Of a stretch of 64,000 nucleotides of DNA, positions 1 through 9,520 are shown piece after piece (within the stretch, counting starts at the first letter, position 1; each line of letters begins with the position of its first letter). Source of the stretch: an uncultured Flavobacteriales bacterium. Lineage in GTDB: Bacteria; Bacteroidota; Bacteroidia; Flavobacteriales_D; Sanyastnellaceae. The DNA lies in NCBI GenBank assembly GCA_943788495.1, contig CALSQO010000001.1:98902-162901 (forward strand), written 5' to 3'. Under the pieces are notes generated by a model that searched no databases, had not been told where the DNA came from, and saw nothing but the letters and a program-made list of their open reading frames with translations. The translations under genes and the position numbers were made by a program.

Positions 1-567
1 ATACCGGCCTTCTTTCAATTGTTGGAAGGAGCTGAAATGCCTGATGCAACCAATGCGATTGCAGGTGCGGGTGGAATGTTGTTGGTGCTCGGCCTGCTCT
101 GGTTGAAACGAAAATCCCTCTTGGAATTGCCCTTCGCACGGAAGGTAGCATCGTTTCTTAAGGGCATTTGGGAAGGGCTAAATAGCATTCGGCAAATGAG
201 GCGGAAAGGAATGTTCTTGTTCCACACCTTTTTCATTTGGAGCATGTACTTCTTAATGGCTTGGGTGATTTTTAAATCCATCGCTTCGGTTGCATCCATT
301 TCGATTACGGAGGCCCTGTTTATCATGGTCGCTGGCGGTTTTGGAATGGTCATGCCCGCGCCGGGTGGGGTCGGAGCCTATCACTGGGCGGTGATGCTTG
401 GTTTCTCAGCTTTGGGGTATGCTCAAGAATTGGGATTCGCGGTTGCCAACGTGATTTGGATGACACAAACAGCGATGATTGTTGTCACAGGTGGCATTGC
501 TTACCTCGCTTTGATGTGGTTTCGGATTCGTAAAGACCGCGAGCTCCCTTTAACCCCCCCCCGTTGA
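1..567 (+). CDS. Flippase-like / lysylphosphatidylglycerol-synthase TM-region family (UPF0104) integral membrane protein, 5'-truncated by window edge
   Basis: The frame is open from base 1; the track's M at 19 is a TTG. The protein is a multi-TM hydrophobic sequence with PAPGGVGAYH, which matches the P-x-PGG-x-G motif typical of this family. It ends TPPR* at TGA 565-567. Confidence 0.6.
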   Translation: MPAFFQLLEGAEMPDATNAIAGAGGMLLVLGLLWLKRKSLLELPFARKVASFLKGIWEGLNSIRQMRRKGMFLFHTFFIWSMYFLMAWVIFKSIASVASISITEALFIMVAGGFGMVMPAPGGVGAYHWAVMLGFSALGYAQELGFAVANVIWMTQTAMIVVTGGIAYLALMWFRIRKDRELPLTPPR

Positions 568-1062
568 ATGCCTGCGATGAATCCGGAATTGACAGCCAGC
601 TTGAACCATTGGAAATCGAAGGGCGATACCATCGTCTTTACCAATGGTGTTTTTGATTTGCTGCACGCAGGCCATGTCACGTATTTGCGCGGCGCACGTG
701 AATTGGGCGATCGCTTGGTGGTCGCGGTCAATTCCGATGCCAGTGTTCGCACGCTCGGCAAAGGCCCAGAGCGGCCTATCAATGACGAAGCATCCCGAAA
801 ATTGGTGCTGGAAGCGCTGCGTTCTGTGGACGTAGCGGTGATTTTCTCCTCAGAGACACCGCTTGAGTTGATCATGCAGATTCGGCCGGATGTGTTGGTC
901 AAGGGCGGAGACTACGACCCGAAGGTTCAGGATCGCGAAGCAAAAAATTACATCGTTGGGTCCAGCGAAGTGGCTGGTTATGGAGGGAAAGTCGCGGTAA
1001 TTCCTTTTGTGAAAGGCCACTCCACAACGCTGATGTTGCAAAAAAGCCGTTCCAAGGTCTGA
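568..1062 (+). CDS. rfaE2: RfaE domain II-type D-glycero-beta-D-manno-heptose 1-phosphate adenylyltransferase (cytidylyltransferase fold), standalone
   Basis: IVFTNGVFDLLHAGHVTYL carries the HxGH nucleotidyltransferase motif. It also has VAVNSDASV and DVLVKGGDY, and the ~164 aa size fits this family. Confidence 0.75.
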   Translation: MPAMNPELTASLNHWKSKGDTIVFTNGVFDLLHAGHVTYLRGARELGDRLVVAVNSDASVRTLGKGPERPINDEASRKLVLEALRSVDVAVIFSSETPLELIMQIRPDVLVKGGDYDPKVQDREAKNYIVGSSEVAGYGGKVAVIPFVKGHSTTLMLQKSRSKV

Positions 1063-1072
1063 AACGGCTTTT
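1042..1072. terminator. Putative bidirectional intrinsic terminator between convergent rfaE2 and accC
   Basis: A 10-bp stem pairs AAAAGCCGTT (1042-1051) with AACGGCTTTT (1063-1072), with A and T runs on either side. The rfaE2 stop codon lies in the loop. Confidence 0.45.
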
Positions 1073-1108
1073 GCATAGGCTTCGATGAAGCGTTGAAATT
1101 AGAACGGA

Positions 1109-2443
1109 TTATACCGTTTCCTCTTCCATGAATTTGGTCGTGAAATCACCGCTCTTGAAGCGCTCGTGGCGCATCAATCGTTGGTGAAATGGAATGGTGG
1201 TCTTCACCCCTTCAATGACATATTCATCCAAGGCGCGTTGCATCTTCAAAATGGCTTCGTCGCGCGTTTGCGCGACAACGATGAGTTTCGAAATCATCGA
1301 GTCATAATAAGGAGGGATGCTATATCCTGAGTAAACATGCGTGTCTAGGCGAACGCCATGCCCGCCGGGCGCATGGTAATCTGTGATCAATCCGGGACAA
1401 GGCGCAAAATTCCGATCGGGATCTTCTGCATTGATCCTGCACTGAATCGCATGCATCTGGGGGTAATAATTTTTGCCGCTGATGTTCTCGCCCGCAGCCA
1501 ATTTGATTTGCTCTTTGATCAAATCGTAATTGACAACTTCCTCGGTGATGGTATGCTCGACCTGGATTCGGGTGTTCATTTCCATGAAATAGAAATCCCG
1601 GTGTGCATCCACGAGGAACTCCACGGTTCCAACACCTTCATACTTTACTGCTTCTGCCGCTTTGATGGCAGCCTTGCCCATCTTTTCGCGCAGTTTGTCC
1701 GTCATGTATGGCGAAGGGGTTTCCTCCACCAGTTTCTGATGGCGGCGTTGGATCGAGCAGTCGCGCTCGGACAAGTGACACGCTTTTCCTCGTTGATCGG
1801 CAGCGATTTGAATTTCAATGTGCCGTGGTTCAACCACGAACTTCTCCATGTACATGTCGTCATTGCCAAACGCCGCACCGGCCTCTCGGCGTGTCGATTC
1901 CCACCCTTCAGCGAGACCTTCTTCGTCGTGACAGACTTGCATGCCTTTTCCACCGCCTCCTGCAGTTGCTTTCAGCATTACGGGATAGCCGATTTTCTTT
2001 GCAATTTTAGTTGCCTCTTTCAAGCTTTCCAAGATGCCTTCATTCCCGGGAATGGTTGGAACTCCCGCTTTTTTCATGGTCGCCTTGGCAGATGCCTTGT
2101 CTCCCATGGCCTCGATCATTTCCGGGCTTGCTCCGATGAATTTGATGTGGTTTTCAGCGCAAATGCGCGAAAAGTCGGCATTCTCCGAGAGGAAGCCATA
2201 GCCGGGGTGTATCGCATCTGCGTTGGTGATCTCTGCCGCAGCAATGATCTTTGGAATATCCAAATAGGATTCAGCGCTTTTGGGGGGACCGATGCAGACG
2301 GCCTCGTCAGCAAAACGCACGTGAAGGCTGTCGGCATCAGCTGTGGAATACACGGCCACTGTTTTGATGCCCATCTCCTTGCATGTGCGGATGACTCGCA
2401 GGGCAATCTCCCCGCGGTTCGCAATCAAAATTTTCTTGAACAT
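1109..2443 (-). CDS. accC: Acetyl-CoA carboxylase, biotin carboxylase subunit
   Basis: N-terminus [26 protein letters not shown]; ATP-grasp motifs are present; 444 aa; sits directly downstream of accB. Confidence 0.95.
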   Translation of the reverse strand: MFKKILIANRGEIALRVIRTCKEMGIKTVAVYSTADADSLHVRFADEAVCIGPPKSAESYLDIPKIIAAAEITNADAIHPGYGFLSENADFSRICAENHIKFIGASPEMIEAMGDKASAKATMKKAGVPTIPGNEGILESLKEATKIAKKIGYPVMLKATAGGGGKGMQVCHDEEGLAEGWESTRREAGAAFGNDDMYMEKFVVEPRHIEIQIAADQRGKACHLSERDCSIQRRHQKLVEETPSPYMTDKLREKMGKAAIKAAEAVKYEGVGTVEFLVDAHRDFYFMEMNTRIQVEHTITEEVVNYDLIKEQIKLAAGENISGKNYYPQMHAIQCRINAEDPDRNFAPCPGLITDYHAPGGHGVRLDTHVYSGYSIPPYYDSMISKLIVVAQTRDEAILKMQRALDEYVIEGVKTTIPFHQRLMRHERFKSGDFTTKFMEEETV

Positions 2444-2454
2444 GGCAATTGGAT

Positions 2455-2964
2455 TCAGGCGGGATCCACCAAGAAAAGAGGCTGATCGTATTCAACGGGA
2501 GAATTGTCATCGACAAGGATTTTGACAATTTTTCCAGTCACTTCGGATTCGATTTCATTGAACAACTTCATCGCTTCGATGACGCAGATGGTATCGCCCA
2601 CTTTCGTGGTATCACCGACATCGACAAAGGACTCCTTGTCTGGGGCTGGTCTTCGATAGAAGGTCCCGATCATTGGAGATTTCACAGTGATGTAGTTGTT
2701 TTCTTCGCCGTCGTCGGCACTTGGCGCTGGGGGCTCAGCTGCAGGGGCTGCAGCCACGGTGACGGGAGCAGGAGCAACTGGAGCCATGCCAGCGGCCATT
2801 GCCACGGGCACTTGAATGGTGGCTTCAGCTTCGCCAAAGCCCTTCTTCTTTTTAGGCATTTCAGATTTAATGGTAATCTTGAAATCCTTTTTTTCGATTT
2901 CGACCTCTGTGACTCCCGCCTTGGCGATGAATTTGATGAGGTCTTGAATTTCGTTAATGGTCAT
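2455..2964 (-). CDS. accB: Acetyl-CoA carboxylase biotin carboxyl carrier protein
   Basis: Biotinylation motif [13 protein letters not shown], an Ala/Pro-rich linker, 169 aa, immediately upstream of accC. Confidence 0.9.
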   Translation of the reverse strand: MTINEIQDLIKFIAKAGVTEVEIEKKDFKITIKSEMPKKKKGFGEAEATIQVPVAMAAGMAPVAPAPVTVAAAPAAEPPAPSADDGEENNYITVKSPMIGTFYRRPAPDKESFVDVGDTTKVGDTICVIEAMKLFNEIESEVTGKIVKILVDDNSPVEYDQPLFLVDPA

Positions 2965-3029
2965 AATCTGACAATTTAAGGAGCGAATTTAGGTTGGATT
3001 TTTTTGAACCACGTACCAATGGGTTCAGA

Positions 3030-4016
3030 TTAATGGGTATCGTATGCCCATTGCAGGTATACCGCACCCCATGTGAAGCCTCCACCAAAAGCGGCCAGGA
3101 TAATATTATCCCCCTTCTTCAGCTTGGTTTCCCAGTCCATTAGGCACAATGGAATCGTAGCGGCAGTGGTGTTGCCGTATTTCTGGATGTTGATCATGAC
3201 CTTCTCTTTAGGTAGTCCCATGCGACGCTGTGTGGCGTCAATGATACGCAAATTGGCTTGGTGGGGAACCAACCAGGCCACATCATCCGGTTTCAAATTG
3301 TTTTTCTGCATGATGTCATAACTGACGTCCGCCATTCCTTTGACGGCTGCTTTGAATACCGGCTTACCATCTTGCCAGATGACATGTTCTTTGTTCTCAA
3401 CGGTCTCGTGTGTGGGCGGGAACAAGGATCCGCCTGCTTTTTGGCGTAGAAAATTGGCGCCGTTTCCGTCGACGTGAAGCTTATGGTCAATAATTCCGTG
3501 CTCTTCCGAGGGTTCCAGCAATACCGCCGCAGCCCCATCGCCGAAAAGAATGCACGTTGTACGATCCGTATAATCGATGATGGAACTCATCTTGTCGGCA
3601 CCGACGATGACGACCTTCTTGTACTGCCCGCTTTCAACGAATTTGGCCCCAGTGGTAAGAGCAAAAATGAACCCAGAACAGGCTGCACTCAGGTCATATC
3701 CCCACGAATTCACTGCACCAACTTTGTGGGCAATGAGGTTGGCTGTGGAGGGGAAGTGCATGTCAGCCGTCACGGTTGCGACAATAATGAGGTCAATTTC
3801 GGCGGCATCCATCCCGCGCTTCTCGCAAAGTGTCTTGACCGCTTCGGCGCCCATATCCGATGTTGCTTTGGTCGGATCCTTTAGGATTCGACGCTCTTCA
3901 ATTCCGGTTCGGGTGCGGATCCATTCATCATTGGTGTCCACCATCTTTTCCAAGTCGGCATTGGAAAGGACATCATCGGGCAAATAACCCGCAACAGCAG
4001 TTATAGCAGCGCGCAT
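3030..4016 (-). CDS. fabH: Beta-ketoacyl-ACP synthase III
   Basis: Active-site LSAACSGF (Cys), HQANLRI (His) and GNTTAATIP (Asn); 328 aa. Confidence 0.9.
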   Translation of the reverse strand: MRAAITAVAGYLPDDVLSNADLEKMVDTNDEWIRTRTGIEERRILKDPTKATSDMGAEAVKTLCEKRGMDAAEIDLIIVATVTADMHFPSTANLIAHKVGAVNSWGYDLSAACSGFIFALTTGAKFVESGQYKKVVIVGADKMSSIIDYTDRTTCILFGDGAAAVLLEPSEEHGIIDHKLHVDGNGANFLRQKAGGSLFPPTHETVENKEHVIWQDGKPVFKAAVKGMADVSYDIMQKNNLKPDDVAWLVPHQANLRIIDATQRRMGLPKEKVMINIQKYGNTTAATIPLCLMDWETKLKKGDNIILAAFGGGFTWGAVYLQWAYDTH

Positions 4017-4141
4017 GGTCTAATCAGGCGTTGGTGAGTAAAATAGCGGATAAAGATAGCGGGTGCATCCATGCGCGACACAGGAAGTTATACCCTTTTG
4101 AAGAGGCCTTTGTGGATGAACTGCGGCAATTTAAAGTTTTG

Positions 4142-4172
4142 AAAAAAAAAATGAGAACCCAGGGGCTCTCAT
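4142..4172 (-). terminator. Rho-independent terminator downstream of rpmF
   Basis: The minus strand reads ATGAGAGCCCCTGGGTTCTCAT followed by T10, giving a ~9-bp GC-containing stem plus a long U tract. It starts ~55 nt after the rpmF stop. Confidence 0.65.
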
Positions 4173-4226
4173 TCTTTTGAATCACCGCTCCGGAAGAGGG
4201 GATTCAGACATCATTTTTTTCGGAAA

Positions 4227-4415
4227 TCAGGCCTCGGCCTTTTCCATCACCACTTTTCCTTTGTAATAAAGCTTTCCTTCGTGCCAATGAGCGCGGTGGA
4301 AGAGGTGAGGCTGTCCAGTTGTTGGGCATGCTGCAACTTGCGGAGCAGTCAATGCATCGTGTGTTCTACGCTTTCGCGTTCTTGCCTTACTTTGGCGTCT
4401 TTTGGGATGTGCCAT
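4227..4415 (-). CDS. rpmF: 50S ribosomal protein L32
   Basis: [19 protein letters not shown] is the canonical bL32 N-terminus; 62 aa. Confidence 0.9.
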   Translation of the reverse strand: MAHPKRRQSKARTRKRRTHDALTAPQVAACPTTGQPHLFHRAHWHEGKLYYKGKVVMEKAEA

Positions 4416-4421
4416 GACGGT

Positions 4422-4970
4422 TTATTTCAAATCTTTCAATGCGTTCCAACGGGGGTCTATATCCTTGTCCTCATCTTTTCCATCATCCGCTGACGACCCG
4501 TGAGGATCAGTAGATTTTGTATTTGATCCACTCACCAGAAACTCCATAATTTCAGGATCGCATTCGTCCTGGGTCTCATGAAGCCGCCTGCTGGGCAAGT
4601 TCAAATGCAGCCATTCAAATACCGGTTGGCTGAGATTCAATTCGTGACACTCAGGGCCTAACGTCCAAATTTCTTCGTCCGTATCCGTGAGCTCACCCAA
4701 TTGAACAATCAGTCGTTCCGAAAATGTCAATGTCAACTCAACCGGTTCTAAGCACCGATCACAGGGGAGTTTCGCAACGCCCTTGAATTCGGCTTCGCAG
4801 TGCATGCGAGAGCCTAGTTTGTCAAGTGTGACAGACAGATCTCCGACGATTTCGTCGGTTTCTGAATGGGGAAAAGATTCAAAGAACGGCGGATCCACCT
4901 TCATTTGAAAGTCGTGTTTCCCGGGCTTTAGTCCCACGAACGCAATTCGATAGGGTGCCAGATGATCCAT
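4422..4970 (-). CDS. YceD/DUF177 family protein (large-subunit rRNA accumulation protein-like)
   Basis: Conserved position immediately upstream of rpmF; CDRCLEPV motif; acidic C-terminus. I chose ATG 4970 (MDHLAPYRIAF). The longer track ORF starts at a TTG and overlaps pdxA. Confidence 0.75.
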   Translation of the reverse strand: MDHLAPYRIAFVGLKPGKHDFQMKVDPPFFESFPHSETDEIVGDLSVTLDKLGSRMHCEAEFKGVAKLPCDRCLEPVELTLTFSERLIVQLGELTDTDEEIWTLGPECHELNLSQPVFEWLHLNLPSRRLHETQDECDPEIMEFLVSGSNTKSTDPHGSSADDGKDEDKDIDPRWNALKDLK

Positions 4971-5035
4971 AACCTCCTCATTTTGGGGAGTGCAAAGGTA
5001 GTGAGAAGAATCCGGTTCGGCAAATGCACGACCCA

Positions 5036-6115
5036 TCAATCGCGACGGCTGTCTTCCCGTCGGTAATTCTCATTGATTTTGAGTGGGTTAGCCGTTAAGG
5101 CTCGGTGCTCTTGTCGGTTGGAACGGATGTCCCGAGCCAAGAAAATAGCCGACCGCAAAGAATTGCCATTGGCGAGCCCTTGCCCGGCGATGTCGAATCC
5201 GGTTCCATGATCCGGGCTCGTTCTGACAACGGGAAGACCAGCGGTAAAGTTCACGCCGTTTCCGAAGCTCAGCGCCTTGAACGGGGCAAGTCCCTGATCG
5301 TGGTACATCGCTAACACCCCGTCAAATCGTTTGTGAGCCCCCGACCCAAAAAAGCCATCTGCTGCATAAGGTCCCATGACAATCTTGTCTTCAGACGCGA
5401 GATCCCGAACGGCAGGGGCGATGATTTGTTTTTCTTCATCCCCCATGAGTCCATTGTCACTGGCGTGCGGATTGAGGCCCAAAATGGCTATGCGCGGCTG
5501 CGCTAACCCGAAATCACGGACCAGCGAATCGTGCATGAGCCGTGCCTTTTCGACAATTAATTTTGCGTTCAACTTGGCCGAAACGTCCTTCAATGCGATG
5601 TGCCCGGTGCACATGCCAACCCGAAGATCGCCTGCTACGAGAAGCATCAGCACTTCATCGACATTGGCAAAATCAGCCAAATACTCCGTGTGACCTGGAT
5701 GCTTGAATTGGCCCATTCGCATGGCTTCTTTGTTGATGGGCAGCGTCACGAGCACATCAACTTTCGTAGCGGCTAAGTCGTTCACAACCGTTTCCAACGA
5801 TGTCATCGCAAAATCACCGGCAGCAGCGCTCACCTGTCCCCATTGAATTTCCCAAGGATCGTCTTGGATGGAAACAATGTTCAGTTGATTGTTCCGCGCC
5901 TTTTCCGCGCCATCGACAACCTCCCATTTCAGTTGGTTGGCATCCGGCACGAGTTCGAGGGCTGATTCTACGAGGTTTTGGGTGGCATACAAAACAGGCG
6001 TTGCTTCGCGGAACATTCTGCTGTCGGCGAATACCTGAATCAATGTTTCAATGCCGATCCCATTTGGGTCGCCACAACTGAAACCGATGCGTGTTGGGTT
6101 TTTTTTGGAAGCCAT
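5036..6115 (-). CDS. pdxA: 4-hydroxythreonine-4-phosphate dehydrogenase
   Basis: GDPNGIGIE, HPGHTEYL and SPDHGTGFDIAG motifs. Start set at ATG 6115 (MASKKNPTRIGFS). Confidence 0.9.
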   Translation of the reverse strand: MASKKNPTRIGFSCGDPNGIGIETLIQVFADSRMFREATPVLYATQNLVESALELVPDANQLKWEVVDGAEKARNNQLNIVSIQDDPWEIQWGQVSAAAGDFAMTSLETVVNDLAATKVDVLVTLPINKEAMRMGQFKHPGHTEYLADFANVDEVLMLLVAGDLRVGMCTGHIALKDVSAKLNAKLIVEKARLMHDSLVRDFGLAQPRIAILGLNPHASDNGLMGDEEKQIIAPAVRDLASEDKIVMGPYAADGFFGSGAHKRFDGVLAMYHDQGLAPFKALSFGNGVNFTAGLPVVRTSPDHGTGFDIAGQGLANGNSLRSAIFLARDIRSNRQEHRALTANPLKINENYRREDSRRD

Positions 6116-6167
6116 TTGCAATTGCAAAGGTAACGGATGCACTCCATGTCCTAACTTGCAAGTGTAC

Positions 6168-8906
6168 ATGGTTTTTTCAAGCAATTTATTTGCGTTTCAC
6201 AATGCCTCCGTCCGCACTCCACTGCGCAAGCAATGGCGTGCATTGCGGTTCGTTGTTTCTGTGTTGATTTTGCTCGGGTCCGCTGCTGCGAACCCCGCGT
6301 TGGCAACCCATAATCGAGCAGGCGAGATCACGTACACGCACGTCAGCGGCTTGACTTATGAAATCCTTATTACCACATACACCAAGGCCACGGCGCCCGC
6401 CGATCGCCCCTGGCTTTACCTCTACTGGGGGGATGAAAATGGCGCGCCCGTTGATAGCCTCGAGCGCGAAAGCGAAACCTTGCTTGAGGATGAAGTGCAA
6501 ATCAATCTTTACCGCGGATTGCATACCTATGGAGGTCCAGGCGTCTACGAGGTTCAGGTGGAAGACCCCAATCGGAACAACGGTGTTTTGAATATTCCCG
6601 GGTCCGTAGATGTCCCTTTTTCCATTACCACTCTGCTCATTATCGACCCACAAGCGGGCCACAACAGTTCGGTCCAATTGCTCAATCCAGCGCAGCAAAA
6701 TGCCTGCCTCTTTCAACCGTGGATTCACAACCCAGGAGCGCACGATCCCGATGGGGACCTCCTCACATATGATTTGGTTCCTTGTCGTGGATTCAACAGT
6801 GAAATTATCCCAGACTATTTCCCACCCGAAGAGGTGAGTCCGGGTGATGACACGTTTAGCATCGATCCGGTTTATGGCGATGTGATTTGGGACGCACCGG
6901 AAATAGCAGGGATTTACAATGTTGCCATTCGCATTCAGGAATGGCGTGACGTGGGTGGGACCCTGATTTTGGTTGGAGAAGTCGTGCGTGACATGCAAAT
7001 CACCGTAGAGATGTGCACGAACCAGCCGCCTGAATTGGAGCCTATCGCAGATACATGCGTCGTGGCGGGATCCTTTCTTTCGCTTCTGGCCAACGCGAGT
7101 GACCCGGATGATGATGGCGTGATTCTGGACGCCATTGGTGGTCCATTGACGGAAGTTGTTAATCCAGCCAACTTCACCAATCTTGGAGCTGGGATTGGTC
7201 AATTCGTGTGGTCTCCGACCTGCACGGAGGTACGGGAGACCCCTTACCAAGTGGTTGTGCGAGCAGAGGATAACAGCGGTCAAGTGCAATTGATGGATTT
7301 GGAATCCTTTCAGATCAAGGTCATTGCGCCAGGTGTTCTTGTGGGTGGAGCCACACCCGTAGGGAACAGTATTATTGTCGACTGGAACTCAAACGAGTGC
7401 GTCTCAGAATTACCTGCATGGAAGGTGGATCAGGGAACGTATCATGTTTACCGGAGGATTGATTCGCTTGAATGGTCCCCCCAATACTGCGAAACGGGAG
7501 TGCCGGAATCCACGGGTTACGAATGGGTGCATACGGTGGAAGGATTGAATGTTACCGAGTGGATTGACACGTCGACCCTGTCGTATGGAGCGACTTACTG
7601 CTACCGCATCGTCACGGAATGGCCCGGAAGCGGAGAATCCTTGGCCAGCGATGAGGTATGTGCCACCATTCGCAAGGACATTCCGGTAATGACGAAGGCT
7701 TCTGTTGCGGAAACCGCCGAAGCGGGTGCCATCGATGTGGCCTGGTCACCACCTACCGATGCAGACACACTGGTGTTCCCGGGGCCTTATTCTTATCAAT
7801 TGTTTGGATCTGCTGTGGGCGAAGAAGAGTCTGAGATACTCGTTTATGAATCCACGCCGAGTAATTTCCTTGTCAACCCCGACACAACATGGACGCACGC
7901 AGGGGTCAACACGATGGAATCGGACTGGAGCTACCGCGTAAGTTGTTTCAGCGGCAGCGATGAGATCGGAATTTCATCCCGTGGGCCAACGCCTTGGCTC
8001 ACCATCCAGCCCAATGACAATCAGTTGACCTTGAATGTCACCAACGATGTTCCTTGGACGAATGCATCGTTTGAGTTTTATCGCGAAGATGCCATGGGCG
8101 TCTTCAATTTGATTGGCTCAGCAGCGGTGCCAACCTTCACGGATAGTGGCTTGGTCAACAATACGTCTTATTGTTATCGGGTGCGGGCGATTGGGGCATA
8201 CGACGGTCCCGGCATTCCATACGAATTAAGCAATTGGAGCCAAGATGCTTGTGGCATTCCATTTGATTTTACCCCACCGTGTCCGCCAGTATTTGCGCTG
8301 GATCCGGATTGCATTGCAGAGGTGAATGCCATGGCCTGGGATATTGATTTTGAATGCGCGGATGATGTGATGGCTTATCAGCTGCATTGGGCGCCAGTTT
8401 TGGGTGATTCGCTGCGGCCCATTGCCTTATTTGAGGATCCGTTGGCTTCGGAATATGTTTGGAATGAATCGGGGGAATTTGGCACCATAGCAGGGTGTTT
8501 TGCCTTGTCCGCTTTGGACAGCATCATGCCGGGACCGGACGGAACTTTGCGAAGGAATGAGAGCGCCTTGAGTGACACGGTTTGCGTGGACAATTGTCCT
8601 TATTACTTCCTGCCCAACGTTTTTACACCTAACCGGGATGAGGTGAATGACCACTTTCAAGCATTTCCATGGAAGTTTGTCGATAGCGTGGATGTCCGAA
8701 TTTATAATCGCAATGGGGAAGAGGTCTATCAAACCAATGACCCAGGTATACATTGGAATGGGATGCACCGGGAGGGTGGCATGTGTTCGGACGGAGTCTA
8801 TTACTACACCGCGAAGGTCTTCACGATTCGACTGGTGGGCCTAGTCGAGGAAAATTTCTCCGGTGAACTTCAATTGATCAACGGTGTTCTACCCGCAAAC
8901 GAGTGA
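6168..8906 (+). CDS. Large secreted cell-surface protein with T9SS type-B (gliding motility-associated, CHU_C-like) C-terminal sorting domain
   Basis: The N-terminus resembles a signal peptide (RFVVSVLILLGSAAANPALA). The mature protein begins THNRAGEITY, followed by a DPDGD motif and recurring YCYR motifs (YCYRI, YCYRV) suggestive of Ig/Fn3-like modules. The C-terminus carries YFLPNVFTPNRDEVNDHF...YNRNGEEVY...WNG...GVYYY, typical of the type-B CTD. Confidence 0.75.
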   Translation: MVFSSNLFAFHNASVRTPLRKQWRALRFVVSVLILLGSAAANPALATHNRAGEITYTHVSGLTYEILITTYTKATAPADRPWLYLYWGDENGAPVDSLERESETLLEDEVQINLYRGLHTYGGPGVYEVQVEDPNRNNGVLNIPGSVDVPFSITTLLIIDPQAGHNSSVQLLNPAQQNACLFQPWIHNPGAHDPDGDLLTYDLVPCRGFNSEIIPDYFPPEEVSPGDDTFSIDPVYGDVIWDAPEIAGIYNVAIRIQEWRDVGGTLILVGEVVRDMQITVEMCTNQPPELEPIADTCVVAGSFLSLLANASDPDDDGVILDAIGGPLTEVVNPANFTNLGAGIGQFVWSPTCTEVRETPYQVVVRAEDNSGQVQLMDLESFQIKVIAPGVLVGGATPVGNSIIVDWNSNECVSELPAWKVDQGTYHVYRRIDSLEWSPQYCETGVPESTGYEWVHTVEGLNVTEWIDTSTLSYGATYCYRIVTEWPGSGESLASDEVCATIRKDIPVMTKASVAETAEAGAIDVAWSPPTDADTLVFPGPYSYQLFGSAVGEEESEILVYESTPSNFLVNPDTTWTHAGVNTMESDWSYRVSCFSGSDEIGISSRGPTPWLTIQPNDNQLTLNVTNDVPWTNASFEFYREDAMGVFNLIGSAAVPTFTDSGLVNNTSYCYRVRAIGAYDGPGIPYELSNWSQDACGIPFDFTPPCPPVFALDPDCIAEVNAMAWDIDFECADDVMAYQLHWAPVLGDSLRPIALFEDPLASEYVWNESGEFGTIAGCFALSALDSIMPGPDGTLRRNESALSDTVCVDNCPYYFLPNVFTPNRDEVNDHFQAFPWKFVDSVDVRIYNRNGEEVYQTNDPGIHWNGMHREGGMCSDGVYYYTAKVFTIRLVGLVEENFSGELQLINGVLPANE

Positions 8907-8909
8907 ACC

Positions 8910-9506
8910 ATGTTTACAGGCATTATCGAGGGCATAGGAAAGGTTTTGAGTATCGAACAGGAAGGAGCCAATGTCCATTTTAAGTTGGCATCGGCTTTCA
9001 CGGACGAATTGAAAATTGACCAAAGTGTTGCCCACAATGGGGTGTGCCTGACGGTCGTGAAAAAGGATTCGGAAGGATTTGTGGTCACGGCAATTCAAGA
9101 AACGTTGGACCGCACGAATTTGGGGGACTGGAATGAGGGAGACGCGGTGAATTTGGAGCGTTGCACGTCACTAGGAGGTCGCTTGGATGGACATTTGGTG
9201 CAGGGACACGTGGATGCCACAGCCAACTTGCATCAAGTGGTGGATGCCAACGGTAGTTGGGTCCTGCATTTCGAACATGAGGCTTCGCCAGAAAACATCA
9301 CCGTCCCGAAAGGTTCCATTACGGTCAATGGCGTGAGCTTGACGGTGGTTGACTCTCATCCCGAGGGCTTTTCCGTTGCCATCATCCCTTACACCTGGGA
9401 ACACACCAATTTGGGGGGGTTGAACCCAGGAGATCGCGTGAATTTGGAGTTTGATGTGATCGGAAAATACGTGGCGCGCATATTGGCGCAGCAGGGCCTT
9501 CGCTGA
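8910..9506 (+). CDS. ribE: Riboflavin synthase alpha chain
   Basis: MFTGIIEGIGKV N-terminus and duplicated lumazine-binding halves, each with GDxVNLE (GDAVNLE, GDRVNLE). Confidence 0.9.
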   Translation: MFTGIIEGIGKVLSIEQEGANVHFKLASAFTDELKIDQSVAHNGVCLTVVKKDSEGFVVTAIQETLDRTNLGDWNEGDAVNLERCTSLGGRLDGHLVQGHVDATANLHQVVDANGSWVLHFEHEASPENITVPKGSITVNGVSLTVVDSHPEGFSVAIIPYTWEHTNLGGLNPGDRVNLEFDVIGKYVARILAQQGLR

Positions 9507-9520
9507 GGCCGAGGGAATCG

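Noticed and set aside
1358-2485. 375-aa ORF antisense to accC. Similar long antisense ORFs include 6186-7289, 17831-18559, 34780-35634, 39907-40563, 45028-45648, 48533-49195 and 51177-51746.
   Set aside because: Each lies entirely opposite a gene with strong, motif-supported identity. Their translations are low-complexity, rich in Arg/Ser/Cys, and show no recognisable motifs. They are typical shadow ORFs.
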